Source: Methylobacter sp. (GTDB lineage Bacteria > Pseudomonadota > Gammaproteobacteria > Methylococcales > Methylomonadaceae). From it: a stretch of DNA of 64,000 nucleotides. The position numbers and the translations under genes are program-made. The notes beneath the pieces are model-generated. The model did no database searches. It saw nothing but the letters and a program-made list of their open reading frames with translations, and was not told the DNA's origin. Of this stretch, positions 27,813 through 38,471 are shown one piece after another; within the stretch, counting starts at the first letter, position 1; each line of letters opens with the position of its first letter. The stretch spans positions 485 to 64,484 of the forward strand of contig JALNYY010000005.1 in the NCBI GenBank assembly GCA_023229605.1, in the 5' to 3' direction.

Positions 27813-29957
27813 CTACATTTTTACCACCGGTTTTTCGACTGCCGGCTTAAACGGAGGGAGTTGATAATCAACCCGATTATCCGAGGCACGCCATAAAGTA
27901 TGTCGGGTCGGTAGCCCCTTATCATTAAAAACGACTTGTCCAAGATTACATTGCTCGATTATCCGTTTAGTTAAACCGTCGCTGGGCAGCAGGGTATGTT
28001 CCGCTTGCCAGCCGCGTATGGCTTGTAAGTATCTGAATTGATGTTTAAAACGCTGCCACAGGGTTTTATGCGCCGCAAAACGCTCCAGGTCGTCCAGTGC
28101 CTTTTTTTGCGAGTCGTCAGGTTCGTTACGCAACGATGAGCTGGTCAGTTGATAACATTCCAGGGTTTGTTGGATGCCATTATAGTCAGCGCTCTGATAA
28201 GAGGCTTTGACGGAAAAGGAATAATGCACGTCGCCGGACAAAAATACGCATTTTTCTATACCCATTTTATGTTCCACGGTATTCAGTAAGTCTGTAAAAC
28301 CGTCCAGATTTTCCGTCCAGGCCTCGGCATCAAGGATATTGACGATTCCCGTCGCTAAAAAACCTTCCGCGCCGAACAATTTTTCCACCAGTTTCACACC
28401 GCTCATATTTTCCACATAGCTGACCACCCACAACAACAGGCGCACGATATGCTCCAGCGGCGAGAACCCGAACACCGGCGTGGTTGCGATCAATATCGGG
28501 CAGGTGTCTTTGCCGATGGTGTGGGCGCTGTCGTGGCAGCTTTTTTTACAGGTTTTCAGTTTGCTCCACTCGACGCGCAGCCAATCCAGCGCATAACGGT
28601 CCATCAAGCGGGGCGGGTAGTAGGCATTGTCCGGCTGCCGCTGGGTCCTGGAATCCATCGCAATAATCGGCGGGTCGGTGGCGATGGAGAACCCCCAGCC
28701 CCGGTGTTTCCAGGTCATCAGGTCGTAACGCTCGGCGCCGTCCGGATCATACTCGGTACTGTTCAGGTGCCGGGTGATAGAGCCGATCATGTCGGGATCA
28801 AAATTGTCGGGGTCGTTGCCCCAGCCCTGGAAAGCCCAATAGGCCGCCAAAGCGTTGGATACGACGCGTCTGCCCAAGGGCGACGAACGGACTTGGTCGT
28901 ACCAATGGCCGGTGATGTTCCAGTCGTCGGTGACGTCGTGATCGTCAAAGATCATGTAGGTGGGGATATTGGCCAGCAGACGGCGGACTTTGGGTAAGGA
29001 CGCGTCGAATTCATTGACTATCTTGGCGTTGTCTTCAAGCCCGTCTTTCTTCTCTTTGATGATGTCAGCGTAAGGTTTAATGCGCCATCGGCTCAGGTAA
29101 TCCTGCCATTTGACCATTTCCGATAAAGGTATATGCACGGTTTCAATATCGGTCCAGTGCGTCGGTTTTTTCCATTTCTTGGCGTTACCGAACACATAAA
29201 TATACATGGCGGCGAATTCGCCGAAGCCCATCAGGTGGTTGTCCGCTTCCGTGGAACTCAAGCCGGAATGGTGTTTTTTCAATTCAGCCGTGCGCCCGCC
29301 GAGTGGAATGGTGTCCGGGCTTATGACGAGCTGTTCAGTGTTTTCATACTCGGTCAATGGCAGCGTTTCTGAGCATCCCATCAAGGTTTTGGCTTGCCTG
29401 CGCAGCTCATCAAGTAACGAGGCTTCCACGTCGTCAGCGTAAATCTGGTCGCCGGTCATCAGCAGCAAATCGGGGCGTTTACCGACCTTATTATGGGTGG
29501 TTTCCAACAGACTATCGCCTGCGGCCAAGCAGTCTTCGCCTTTGGCCCCATGCGGCTTACGGCAGCTGCCGTGCAACACAGAAGTAAGTTTTTCCGGGAT
29601 ATGGAAAATTGGATGCTTGTTCTTACCGTAAGTCAGCCCTGCATCCTGCAAGTTTATCGGGGTAGATTGCCCGTCCAACAATCGGTAGTAACAAAGCGTA
29701 CTTGTTGGATAATGGTGTTGTTTGTCTATTTGCCCTGCATCAAGAGGATAGGCTTGCAGTAAATAAACGTATAAGCCATTGCCGAGTTGGAAGCTGCAGG
29801 ACTTCAGTTCATCCGGATCACTGCGGCCTATGGGCGTTTCTTTTAAGTCCAGAATTTCAAGCGTTATGTCTTGTTCAGAATCTAATGCCAGCCACACACA
29901 AATACGGTTTCTCGTTGTGCTGCGCAGGATCGGCCCAGCCAAGATATTGTTTAGCAT
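27813..29957 (-). CDS. PhoD-like (alkaline phosphatase D family) metallophosphoesterase, no signal peptide
   Basis: HGSCRKPH, GDQIYADD, FDDHDVTDDWN, DSRTQR, LSGDVHYSF. Confidence 0.85.
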   Translation of the reverse strand: MLNNILAGPILRSTTRNRICVWLALDSEQDITLEILDLKETPIGRSDPDELKSCSFQLGNGLYVYLLQAYPLDAGQIDKQHHYPTSTLCYYRLLDGQSTPINLQDAGLTYGKNKHPIFHIPEKLTSVLHGSCRKPHGAKGEDCLAAGDSLLETTHNKVGKRPDLLLMTGDQIYADDVEASLLDELRRQAKTLMGCSETLPLTEYENTEQLVISPDTIPLGGRTAELKKHHSGLSSTEADNHLMGFGEFAAMYIYVFGNAKKWKKPTHWTDIETVHIPLSEMVKWQDYLSRWRIKPYADIIKEKKDGLEDNAKIVNEFDASLPKVRRLLANIPTYMIFDDHDVTDDWNITGHWYDQVRSSPLGRRVVSNALAAYWAFQGWGNDPDNFDPDMIGSITRHLNSTEYDPDGAERYDLMTWKHRGWGFSIATDPPIIAMDSRTQRQPDNAYYPPRLMDRYALDWLRVEWSKLKTCKKSCHDSAHTIGKDTCPILIATTPVFGFSPLEHIVRLLLWVVSYVENMSGVKLVEKLFGAEGFLATGIVNILDAEAWTENLDGFTDLLNTVEHKMGIEKCVFLSGDVHYSFSVKASYQSADYNGIQQTLECYQLTSSSLRNEPDDSQKKALDDLERFAAHKTLWQRFKHQFRYLQAIRGWQAEHTLLPSDGLTKRIIEQCNLGQVVFNDKGLPTRHTLWRASDNRVDYQLPPFKPAVEKPVVKM

Positions 29958-30399
29958 AATAAATACCCCACCAAATCGTTAAGCATAGTATCAGTAAAAA
30001 AAATAGTTATACTCTTAATGGCCGTTAGATTCCATAAGAACGGCCGGATCTTGTGTTGACACATTTTTGAGTTACCGGACAAGTTTTCGGCATGGCTAGG
30101 CCGCCCCGCATCGAACTGTTTGGCGGTTTGTACCTTGCCTTGCGATTTCAGATGGCAATCAACGGAAGGCTGTGTTGCTTACAAGGCGCCGACTGCAGGG
30201 GGAGGCTAGAATATTGGGTAGGTTTATCGATGTTTCGTGGGTGCGTGAAACGGTAACCGCGTTGTTGGGGGTGAGAATTGATTCAATATAAGGTAACTAA
30301 TGTTGAGCTGACGACGGAAGGGGCGGAATGTTGTTGAGCAGTGCATCATGTATCCCCGATTCTCAATAAGAACCGGGGATAGGGCATGCTTTCCCAGAG

Positions 30400-31815
30400 T
30401 TACAAAATATCCGAAGCGTAATCGGCCAAGCGTGAACGCTCGCCGCGCCGCAAGGTGATATGCGCGCCATGCGGCCAGGTTTTAAAGCGGTCTACAACAT
30501 AGGTTAGGCCTGAGGTCGTCGCCGTTAAATAAGGCGTGTCTATTTGCGACAGGTTGCCGATACAGATGATTTTGGTTCCGGGACCTGCGCGGGTGATCAG
30601 GGTTTTCATTTGCTTTGAGGTCAGGTTTTGCGCTTCATCAATGATCAAAAAACGATTGAGGAAAGTGCGTCCGCGCATAAAGTTAAGCGACCTGATTTTG
30701 ACCCTGTTCATAATGATGTTGTTGGCCGCGCTTTGTTCCCAGTCGCTCTGCTCTGCATTGTGGCTTAGCAGTTCAAGGTTATCGATTAATGCACCCATCC
30801 ACGGCGCCATTTTTTCTTCTTCGGTGCCGGGCAGGAAGCCTATATCTTCCCCGACCGGGACGGTTTCGCGGGTCATGATGATTTCCTGGTAGGTTTTGTT
30901 TTCCAGGGTCTGGTTAAGTCCCGAGGCCAGGGCCAACAGGGTTTTGCCGGTGCCCGCCGTGCCCAGTAAGGTGACAAAGTCGATGTTGGGGTCCAGCAAG
31001 ACATTGAGGGCAAAGTTTTGTTCCCGGTTTTTTGCCGTTATGCCCCAGATATTGTTGTGTTTGGCGCGATAATCCTTGGCCAGTTCCAAAACCGCAACCT
31101 GTCCTTCACAGGATCTGACGATGGCTTCAAAATTGGTTTCGTCTTCTATGTACAAATACTGGTTGGGATACCATTCGGTGACTATGGGGTCATCCAGTTT
31201 GTAAAAAGTACGGCTTTTTTCCTGCCAGGACTCCATTTTGGCGCCGTGTTCGGCCCAGAAATCCTGCTCCAGCGCCATTGAGCCGCTGTATAACAGGTCA
31301 ATGTCATCCAGGGTCTGGTCGTTATGGTAGTCCTCGGCCTGCAATTCCAATGTCGCTGCTTTGATGCGCATGTTGATGTCTTTTGACACCAGGATAACGG
31401 TGATGTCGGGCAGTTCCTTGGTAAGCGCCAGGACGATGCGGAGTATGGAATTATCGGCCAGGTTGCCGGGCATGCTTTCCGGCAGCAGCGCCGTCATCGC
31501 GCTGGTTTGGAAATATAAGCGTCCGCCGTAAGTTGCATCGGCAGTCGGCCCATGCTTTATACTAGACAGCGGCAGGCCGTCATCGATGGTCTGCTGGTTG
31601 GCGTCGTGGATTAACTCATCCAGAAATCGACTGACCTGTCTTACATTGCGCGCCAGTTCGGTCAGGCCCTTTTTCGCATGATCGAGTTCTTCCAGGACCA
31701 CCATCGGGATGAAAATGTCATGTTCCTTGAAACGGAAGATAGAGGCCGGATCATGCATCAGTACGTTGGTGTCCAGCACAAACAGTTTTTTATCCGGCGA
31801 TGTTTGAATGTTCAT
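30400..31815 (-). CDS. PIN + PhoH ATPase (PhoH2/YlaK type)
   Basis: VLDTNVLMHDP PIN motif; GTAGTGKT, GFLPG, MRGRT, DEAQN. Confidence 0.93.
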   Translation of the reverse strand: MNIQTSPDKKLFVLDTNVLMHDPASIFRFKEHDIFIPMVVLEELDHAKKGLTELARNVRQVSRFLDELIHDANQQTIDDGLPLSSIKHGPTADATYGGRLYFQTSAMTALLPESMPGNLADNSILRIVLALTKELPDITVILVSKDINMRIKAATLELQAEDYHNDQTLDDIDLLYSGSMALEQDFWAEHGAKMESWQEKSRTFYKLDDPIVTEWYPNQYLYIEDETNFEAIVRSCEGQVAVLELAKDYRAKHNNIWGITAKNREQNFALNVLLDPNIDFVTLLGTAGTGKTLLALASGLNQTLENKTYQEIIMTRETVPVGEDIGFLPGTEEEKMAPWMGALIDNLELLSHNAEQSDWEQSAANNIIMNRVKIRSLNFMRGRTFLNRFLIIDEAQNLTSKQMKTLITRAGPGTKIICIGNLSQIDTPYLTATTSGLTYVVDRFKTWPHGAHITLRRGERSRLADYASDIL

Positions 31816-32288
31816 GACTGGCCGCCTGTGAGTTCATGCAAGGCTTGCAGGACTTCTTCGCAATGGCCTTTGACTTTTACTTTGCGCCATTCACGAGCCA
31901 GTAGACCCTGAGGGCCGATCAGAAAGGTGCTGCGCTCGATGCCTCGAACCTGCTTGCCGTACATGTTTTTCATCTTGATAACGTCAAACAGTCGGCACAG
32001 CTTTTCATCCGTGTCTGAAAGCAGGTCAAAGGGGAATTCCTGTTTGCATTTAAAGCCTTCGTGAACGCGGACGGTATCACGGGATACGCCTAGTATGACG
32101 GCATTGAGGGCGGTGAATTTTTCGATGTTATCGCGAAAACTTTGGCCTTCCTGGGTGCAGCCGGGGGTGTTGTCTTTGGGGTAAAAATAAATAACGAGAT
32201 AGTTATCTTGGTAGTCGCTTAGCTTTACCGTTTTATCGCCGGTAGATGAAGCTTCAAAATCGGGTACAGGGTTGCCGGTAGTTATCAT
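31812..32288 (-). CDS. bcp: Peroxiredoxin BCP
   Basis: YFYPKDNTPGCTQE, ERSTFLI. Confidence 0.93.
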   Translation of the reverse strand: MITTGNPVPDFEASSTGDKTVKLSDYQDNYLVIYFYPKDNTPGCTQEGQSFRDNIEKFTALNAVILGVSRDTVRVHEGFKCKQEFPFDLLSDTDEKLCRLFDVIKMKNMYGKQVRGIERSTFLIGPQGLLAREWRKVKVKGHCEEVLQALHELTGGQS

Positions 32289-32296
32289 TATTAAAA

Positions 32297-32821
32297 TTAT
32301 CGTTTTATGGGTTCAAGAATGGCATCTATATTCAGTTGGTCGCAGAAATCCAGAAACTCTTCACGTAGCGACAGCAGGTGAATTTGCGGAGGAATCAAAA
32401 TTACAAATTTGGTGGAGAAAACGGAGGTTTGGATATACGGCGCCTGATAGCAGCTGCCGGTTATTTCCTCGATGTCTATTTTCCGGTCGCACAGGAAGGA
32501 GACAATCGATTCTGTGACATTATCGCGATCAAGGGATATTGTTTCCAATGAATATGGAACGCATTCTTTGACCTTGTCTTTTTGATCAGGCCGTAAGGTG
32601 TGGATTTTGATGTCCAGCCGTCGCTGGATAGTGTCCAGAGTATTTTCAAATTTGGCAATTTGATTCCAATTGCCGGAAATAAGCAGGTATGCAGCGGAGG
32701 ATTGAGCGAGACGGGATAATCTTATTTCCATGATATTACATTTACAGTCGCGCACTGCAGGTAATATTTCCCCAATAAAATTAATCTGATAGTTGCCTAA
32801 GGCGGTGATAGCTAGTTGCAT
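32297..32821 (-). CDS. gcvR: GcvR-like tandem ACT-domain protein
   Basis: LAITALG...CNI...G.W..IAK.E..L and F..FC..LN.DA; directly upstream of bcp as in other gammaproteobacteria. Confidence 0.8.
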   Translation of the reverse strand: MQLAITALGNYQINFIGEILPAVRDCKCNIMEIRLSRLAQSSAAYLLISGNWNQIAKFENTLDTIQRRLDIKIHTLRPDQKDKVKECVPYSLETISLDRDNVTESIVSFLCDRKIDIEEITGSCYQAPYIQTSVFSTKFVILIPPQIHLLSLREEFLDFCDQLNIDAILEPIKR

Positions 32822-32987
32822 TTTGTTTCTTGGAAGTTTTTTTGGGAGTTTAGCATCAAATCGCTGAAACTTGATGAACATTAAGTTTATTTGGTATTAA
32901 AATGATTAAAATTGTTTTTCTGCCGATAAGTACCAAACGCTACATTTAAACTTTGTGGCTACTCGCAACTCATTACCGAGCCTGAAT

Positions 32988-35897
32988 ATGACTGATTCAA
33001 TAGATAAAAAATCAAAAGAAAAACGCGATAATCTGGCTGTTGATCTGGATGCCATGCTGGACGAGGCGGAATCTTCGCTTGTTCCGGCGAATGAGTTGCG
33101 GGACGACGAAGATGCTATTGACAGGTTGCTGATGGATGCCGGTTTTGATACAGATGATGCAACAATGCAGACAGAGACGAAGAAGCATGTACATGACGTG
33201 AAAGATGCCGAACTGGATGAGCTTTTAGGTTTTGACAGTTTTGGAGACGATCTTAACGAGCCGAAAAAAACTCAGACTGCTGTGGGGTTGGAGCCGGCTG
33301 TTAGCGATTCACATTTTGTTCCGTCAAATGAGCCTGATGACGAAGATGCCATTGACAGGCTGTTGATGAATGCCGGCTTTGATGCGGATAATGCGTCGGT
33401 GCAATCCGACGTGGAGGATGCGGGCGCCGATGAAGGCCCGGATGATTTTCCGGATTTTAGCGATTTCAATGAGCCGGACATGGATCGACAGGAGTCGCCA
33501 CCTACGGCTGCAGTTGAAGGAGTTGATGATGAACCACAGGCTGCGGCGACTTCATCCGCTGCCGCGGTCGACGAACTGGATGAATTTTTACGCTTAAGCT
33601 TTGGTGATGATTTTGATGAATCGGATCTGATTCAGGATGACGCTGTTGCAGAATCGGCTCCGGCAGACTTAATCGCACCCGCTGAAGAATCAGGCGTGGA
33701 AGAGGATGTGGGGGCGCTTGACGAGCTGGATGATTTTTCAGATTTTAGTGACTTCAATGAACCTGAAATAGTTCCGGCACATGTAGTTGAACAGGCTACA
33801 GAGGGGCCAATATCTGATGTTGATGAGCCTGCACCGGCTGTGGCGGATTTAACAGCCTCCGCAGCAGTTGAAGATTCATCTGCGGAAGAAGAAGCGGGTG
33901 AGGATGAAGAATTGGATCATTTTTCAGATTTTAGTGATTTCAACGAGCCTGAAACAGCTCAGGCAGGAGAAGCCGATAAATCTGAACAGGCCGCAGAGAA
34001 TTTATTTGCTGATGTTGATGAGCCTGCACCGGCTGTAGCGGATTCGACCGTGCCTGCAGAAATCGACGATGAACCGGATGCGGAAGAGGATGCCGGCGCA
34101 GGGCTGGCGGACGAGATCGATGATTTCTCGGTCCTTAGCGACGCTTTTGATGAATCGGATCTTATTCAGGATGATGAAGTTGCCGCATCGGCTGTAGCGG
34201 AAATCGCCGATGAATCTGGCGCGAAAGAGGATGCCGGCGAGGGGCTGGCGGACGAGATTGATGACTTTTCCGGCTTTAGCGATGATTTTGAGGTATCGGA
34301 ACTGGTTCTGGATGATGCTGTTGCCGGGGCGGCGGATTTAATGCCTCCCAATGAAGAACAGCAGACAGTAGTCGAAGAATCATTCAATGACTTGCAGGAT
34401 GATGAAAATAACATTGACAGTTTGCTGATGGATGCCGGTTTTGAGGCGGAAGACGCGACAGATCAAACGGTCGGCAAGAAAGATGCGTTTGGCGATGATG
34501 CGGATTTGAGTGAAATTGATGATTTTTTTCATATGGATGAAGTTAGCGATGATGCTTCCTGGCAGGCAGAGGGCGTTCAGATAGGCGAGACTGAAGAGTC
34601 ATCAGCTCAGGGAGATGATTTTCTGTTGCCTGATTTTGACATTACGGCTGATATGGAATTTTCTGATACGGGCATCAATGCAGGAAATAAAGACGATGAT
34701 GTCTTTGGCGATACTGGTTTTCTGGGCCAGGATGAAGCCGTGCAGGGTTTTGATACTGGAACTTCGGAGCCGAAATCGGGGGATGCCGAACCCCAGTCGA
34801 AACAAGCTGCCGATCCCGCTATAGAAGAAGTAAAGTTGAATCCATTTGGATTCGAACAGGAAGATATTAAAAAACAGCTGGAAGATGCTGAAAATAAGGT
34901 TAAAAAAGCAAAGCTTTTCAGTTACGTGGCGTTGGGATTTGGCGCAGTTGCATTAAGCGCGGCCGCCGTATTAGGCGTGATGATGTATGGTGCAAAAACT
35001 GAAGTTGCAAAGTTAAATGCAGAGGTATCAACCCTTGAGGCAAGCCTGGCAAAGAACGCTGCAAACAATCCTAATGAAGAAATTAACGCTATGCGGAATT
35101 CTGTCGTGCAGTTGAATCAGCAGGTCAATGGTTTGATAACGGAGCTGAAAGGGAATCCACAGTTTCCTGTCGATTTGTTAAACAACAAGGTGCCAGATAT
35201 TGTGGCGAAACAGGATATGGTCAGTAAAGCGCTGGACATGTTGCAGGTCAAAATGGGCGGGCCTGCAGGAAAGACAGCTTCGGAGCCAGCTGTTGCCGAA
35301 CCTCCCAAGGCCGAACCCGTGCATGAGCATGAGCCAGCACCTGCGCCTGCTGCATCGACACCGGTTAAAGAAGTAAAGACGCAAGAGACTGCACCCGTTA
35401 AAGCAGCAGTAGAGCATGCGCCGGCCAAGGAGACGCTTGCTCCGGCCAAGGATGGCGCGGCTGCACATAAAACTGCACAGGCCAAAGAGAAAGTCGCGCA
35501 TGAACCAGTTCCAGCTCCCGTTCCTGCCAAGGTGGAAGCTGTGCCTGAAACTGCGCCAGCCAAAGTGAAAACTCAGCCCGAAGCGATAAAAGCCAAACCA
35601 GTAACTGCCGAAAAAGTTGTTTCAAAGCAGGAGCCTGTAAAAGAAAGAAAACCAGAAACTCCCGGAAAATGGGGTGTGAATCTGGTTGCATTCAAACAGG
35701 AATGGTTTGCCAAAAGCAAGGCGGCTGAATTTGCCCGGCAAGGTATTTTTGCCGAAGTCATTCCCGTCCATGAAAAGAATACAACAATGTATAGGCTGCG
35801 AGTCGGCGGCTTTAAAAGCAAGCAAGAAGCGCGTGCAAATACCGACAGAATAAAGAAAACGCTAAATTTGGATTCGGTTTGGGTGAGTGATAACTAG
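32988..35897 (+). CDS. Large acidic repeat protein with one TM and a C-terminal SPOR domain
   Basis: Long Asp/Glu-rich repetitive N-terminus, TM (YVALGFGAVALSAAAVLGVMM), coiled coil, Pro/Ala/Lys linker, SPOR (WGVNL...YRLRVGGF.S..EA). Confidence 0.85.
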   Translation: MTDSIDKKSKEKRDNLAVDLDAMLDEAESSLVPANELRDDEDAIDRLLMDAGFDTDDATMQTETKKHVHDVKDAELDELLGFDSFGDDLNEPKKTQTAVGLEPAVSDSHFVPSNEPDDEDAIDRLLMNAGFDADNASVQSDVEDAGADEGPDDFPDFSDFNEPDMDRQESPPTAAVEGVDDEPQAAATSSAAAVDELDEFLRLSFGDDFDESDLIQDDAVAESAPADLIAPAEESGVEEDVGALDELDDFSDFSDFNEPEIVPAHVVEQATEGPISDVDEPAPAVADLTASAAVEDSSAEEEAGEDEELDHFSDFSDFNEPETAQAGEADKSEQAAENLFADVDEPAPAVADSTVPAEIDDEPDAEEDAGAGLADEIDDFSVLSDAFDESDLIQDDEVAASAVAEIADESGAKEDAGEGLADEIDDFSGFSDDFEVSELVLDDAVAGAADLMPPNEEQQTVVEESFNDLQDDENNIDSLLMDAGFEAEDATDQTVGKKDAFGDDADLSEIDDFFHMDEVSDDASWQAEGVQIGETEESSAQGDDFLLPDFDITADMEFSDTGINAGNKDDDVFGDTGFLGQDEAVQGFDTGTSEPKSGDAEPQSKQAADPAIEEVKLNPFGFEQEDIKKQLEDAENKVKKAKLFSYVALGFGAVALSAAAVLGVMMYGAKTEVAKLNAEVSTLEASLAKNAANNPNEEINAMRNSVVQLNQQVNGLITELKGNPQFPVDLLNNKVPDIVAKQDMVSKALDMLQVKMGGPAGKTASEPAVAEPPKAEPVHEHEPAPAPAASTPVKEVKTQETAPVKAAVEHAPAKETLAPAKDGAAAHKTAQAKEKVAHEPVPAPVPAKVEAVPETAPAKVKTQPEAIKAKPVTAEKVVSKQEPVKERKPETPGKWGVNLVAFKQEWFAKSKAAEFARQGIFAEVIPVHEKNTTMYRLRVGGFKSKQEARANTDRIKKTLNLDSVWVSDN

Positions 35898-35911
35898 AGC
35901 TAATGTAGGCT

Positions 35912-36814
35912 GTGAGAGAGAAAAAACTGGTTGTAGCGGTATCGTCCAGGGCGTTATTTAATCTGGATGAATCGCATGCGATATTTGAAACGCAAGGCAG
36001 GGAGGCCTTTTGCCGCTATCAAATAGAACATGAAGATGAAGTTTTGGGGCCGGGTTACGGTTTTTCCCTGGTCAAAAAATTTTTGAGCTTAAATGACAGC
36101 TGTCCCGAGGATCCTTTGGTCGAAATTATCCTGTTATCGCAAAATAGCGCCGATACGGGATTAAGGATCTTCAATTCCATTGCACATTATCAGTTGAATA
36201 TTATCCGTGCGGCATTTACCAGCGGCGCATCGCCGTATGGTTACATTCCTGCATTCGGTGCGCATTTGTTTTTATCGGCCAATGCCGATGATGTCGCCAA
36301 GGCGTTGGGTGCCGGTTTTGCGGCGGCTACCATTCTTTGCGGCCCAACCATGACGGATCATTCCGGTCAGTTGCGCATCGCTTTTGATGGCGACTCAGTA
36401 TTGTTTTCGGATGAGTCGGAACGGATTTATCAACAGCGCGGCCTGGATGTATTTACCGAAAATGAACGCAACGAAGCCAAGAAACCCTTGCCGGGAGGGC
36501 CTTTCAAGGATTTTTTGAGTGCGCTGCATCATATTCAAACGCAGTTTGAATCTCAATCGTCGCCGATAAGAACCGCGTTGGTGACCGCTCGCGCAGCTCC
36601 GGCTCATGAGCGGGTCGTCAGGACATTAAGAGCCTGGGGGATTCGTATCGATGAGGCGCTTTTTTTGGGAGGCATAGACAAAGGCGCTTTTTTGAAAGCG
36701 TTCGGTGCGGATATTTTCTTTGATGACCAAAAAGGTCATTGCGAGTCTGCCTCCCGGCATGTCGCCGCCGCGCATGTGCCGCACGGCATAACCAACAGGA
36801 AGATTAATCTATAA
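35912..36814 (+). CDS. 5'-nucleotidase (cN-I-like HAD type)
   Basis: VAVSSRALFNL, LRIAFDGDSVLFSDESE, LVTAR, FFDDQ. Confidence 0.92.
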   Translation: MREKKLVVAVSSRALFNLDESHAIFETQGREAFCRYQIEHEDEVLGPGYGFSLVKKFLSLNDSCPEDPLVEIILLSQNSADTGLRIFNSIAHYQLNIIRAAFTSGASPYGYIPAFGAHLFLSANADDVAKALGAGFAAATILCGPTMTDHSGQLRIAFDGDSVLFSDESERIYQQRGLDVFTENERNEAKKPLPGGPFKDFLSALHHIQTQFESQSSPIRTALVTARAAPAHERVVRTLRAWGIRIDEALFLGGIDKGAFLKAFGADIFFDDQKGHCESASRHVAAAHVPHGITNRKINL

Positions 36815-37819
36815 AACAGTCTGCTTGGACACGGCTCCCGCCTGTTCCTTGACTAACTTTGGAACAAGATAGCCGGGTAGGGTGGCTTGAACCTGCCGGA
36901 CAAGCGCTAAGGCTTCCGCTTCAGAAACTTCAAAATGCCCCGTTCCCGTCGCCTTATCCAATAAATGCAGGTAGTAAGGGATGACACCGTGGCTGAACAG
37001 TTGTTCGCTTAGTTCGCATAAGGCTTCCGCATTGTCATTTACGCCTTTTAGCAGCACCGATTGATTAAATAATGTTATGCCGTTTTTGGTTAGAGTCTTA
37101 CAGGCTGTAATGACGCGTTCGTTGATTTCATTGGCATGGTTGCAATGAACTACGATTACGACTTGCTTGGGGCTTTGGCGCAGCGTGCCGATCAATTCTT
37201 CGGTTATGCGGGCAGGCAGGACGATAGGCAGGCGGCTGTGTATCCTGATGCGTTTTAAATGTTTAATGTCGTCCAATTGCTGAATGAGCCGGTTTAATCT
37301 TGAGTCGTTTAGCAACAAGGGGTCGCCGCCGCTTAAAATAACTTCCGAGATAGTTGCATCGTCTCGTATGGTTTGGACGGCGGCATTTTCTTTTTGTTTG
37401 CTAAGTTGCAAATCAGCGTACGGAAAATTGCGGCGGAAACAATACCGGCAGTTGATGGCGCAGCTGCCGGTGTTGATAAACAAAACCCGTCCATGATATT
37501 TGTGCAAAACGCTGGATTGGGTGGCTGCCGCAAGATCGCCGACAGGATCGCTGCCAAAGCCCGGATAGGCGAACAGCTCTTCCTTAACAGGCAATACCTG
37601 GCGTAATAAAGGGTCATGCGGATTGCCTTTTTCCATGCAGGCCGCAAAACTTAAAGGGACGCGTAAAGCAAAGTTTTCTGCCGCAGCGACTGAAACCGGC
37701 AAGTCATCCGGCGATAAGTTCAGGTAACGGTAGAGGTCTTCAATGTTATTAAAAGCTTCGGCAAGTTGCTGTTGCCAGTTTTTAGTAAAGTGCTGGATTT
37801 CGGACTGCGGTTCGGACAT
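36809..37819 (-). CDS. epmB: EF-P beta-lysylation lysine 2,3-aminomutase
   Basis: Radical SAM CAINCRYCFRR, SGGDPL, PYYLH; divergent from efp. Confidence 0.95.
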   Translation of the reverse strand: MSEPQSEIQHFTKNWQQQLAEAFNNIEDLYRYLNLSPDDLPVSVAAAENFALRVPLSFAACMEKGNPHDPLLRQVLPVKEELFAYPGFGSDPVGDLAAATQSSVLHKYHGRVLFINTGSCAINCRYCFRRNFPYADLQLSKQKENAAVQTIRDDATISEVILSGGDPLLLNDSRLNRLIQQLDDIKHLKRIRIHSRLPIVLPARITEELIGTLRQSPKQVVIVVHCNHANEINERVITACKTLTKNGITLFNQSVLLKGVNDNAEALCELSEQLFSHGVIPYYLHLLDKATGTGHFEVSEAEALALVRQVQATLPGYLVPKLVKEQAGAVSKQTVL

Positions 37820-37901
37820 CAGAGATTATTAAATTTTCTATCGGTTGTTGGCTCTATTATAATGCTTAAGTTTTACATTGTTTGTCATCTTTGAGGATAA
37901 A

Positions 37902-38471
37902 ATGGCCATTTATAGCACCAACGAGTTTAAAGCCGGGTTAAAAGTTATGCTGGATAACGATCCCTGTGCAATTATTGAAAATGAATTTGTAAAACCGGGT
38001 AAAGGCCAGGCTTTTAACCGGGTGAAAATCAGGAATTTGAAAACCGGCAGGGTGATTGAAAGAACCTTTAAATCGGGCGAGTCGCTTGAAGGCGCAGATG
38101 TGGTCGATGTCGAGATGCAATACCTCTATAACGACGGCCAATTCAGGCATTTTATGGTACCGGATACTTTTGAACAGTATCAGTGCGATGAAAAAATCGT
38201 CGGCGATGCCGGCAAATGGCTCAAAGACCAGGACTCTTGCACCGTAACACTGTGGAATGATGCACCTCTTGCTATTTCTCCTGCTAATTTTGTTGAGCTG
38301 ACTATTGTAGAAACCGATCCGGGCGTGCGCGGCGATACCTCGGGCGGCGGCGGCAAACCGGCCACCCTGGATACAGGCGCAGTGGTCAGGGTTCCTTTGT
38401 TTGTGCAGCAGGGTGAGGTAATTAAGGTCGATACCCGTACCGGCGAATACGTTTCCCGCGTAAAAGAGTAG
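37902..38471 (+). CDS. efp: Elongation factor P
   Basis: [24 protein letters not shown]...VDTR. Confidence 0.97.
   Translation: MAIYSTNEFKAGLKVMLDNDPCAIIENEFVKPGKGQAFNRVKIRNLKTGRVIERTFKSGESLEGADVVDVEMQYLYNDGQFRHFMVPDTFEQYQCDEKIVGDAGKWLKDQDSCTVTLWNDAPLAISPANFVELTIVETDPGVRGDTSGGGGKPATLDTGAVVRVPLFVQQGEVIKVDTRTGEYVSRVKE

Noticed and set aside
29960-30399. Long intergenic region that might hold an sRNA
   Set aside because: Only short hairpins are visible, including a likely terminator near 30351-30380; no RNA family is recognisable by eye.
33100-34450. DNA repeats resembling an array
   Set aside because: They are in-frame coding repeats of the SPOR protein with irregular spacing; not CRISPR, and no cas genes are present.
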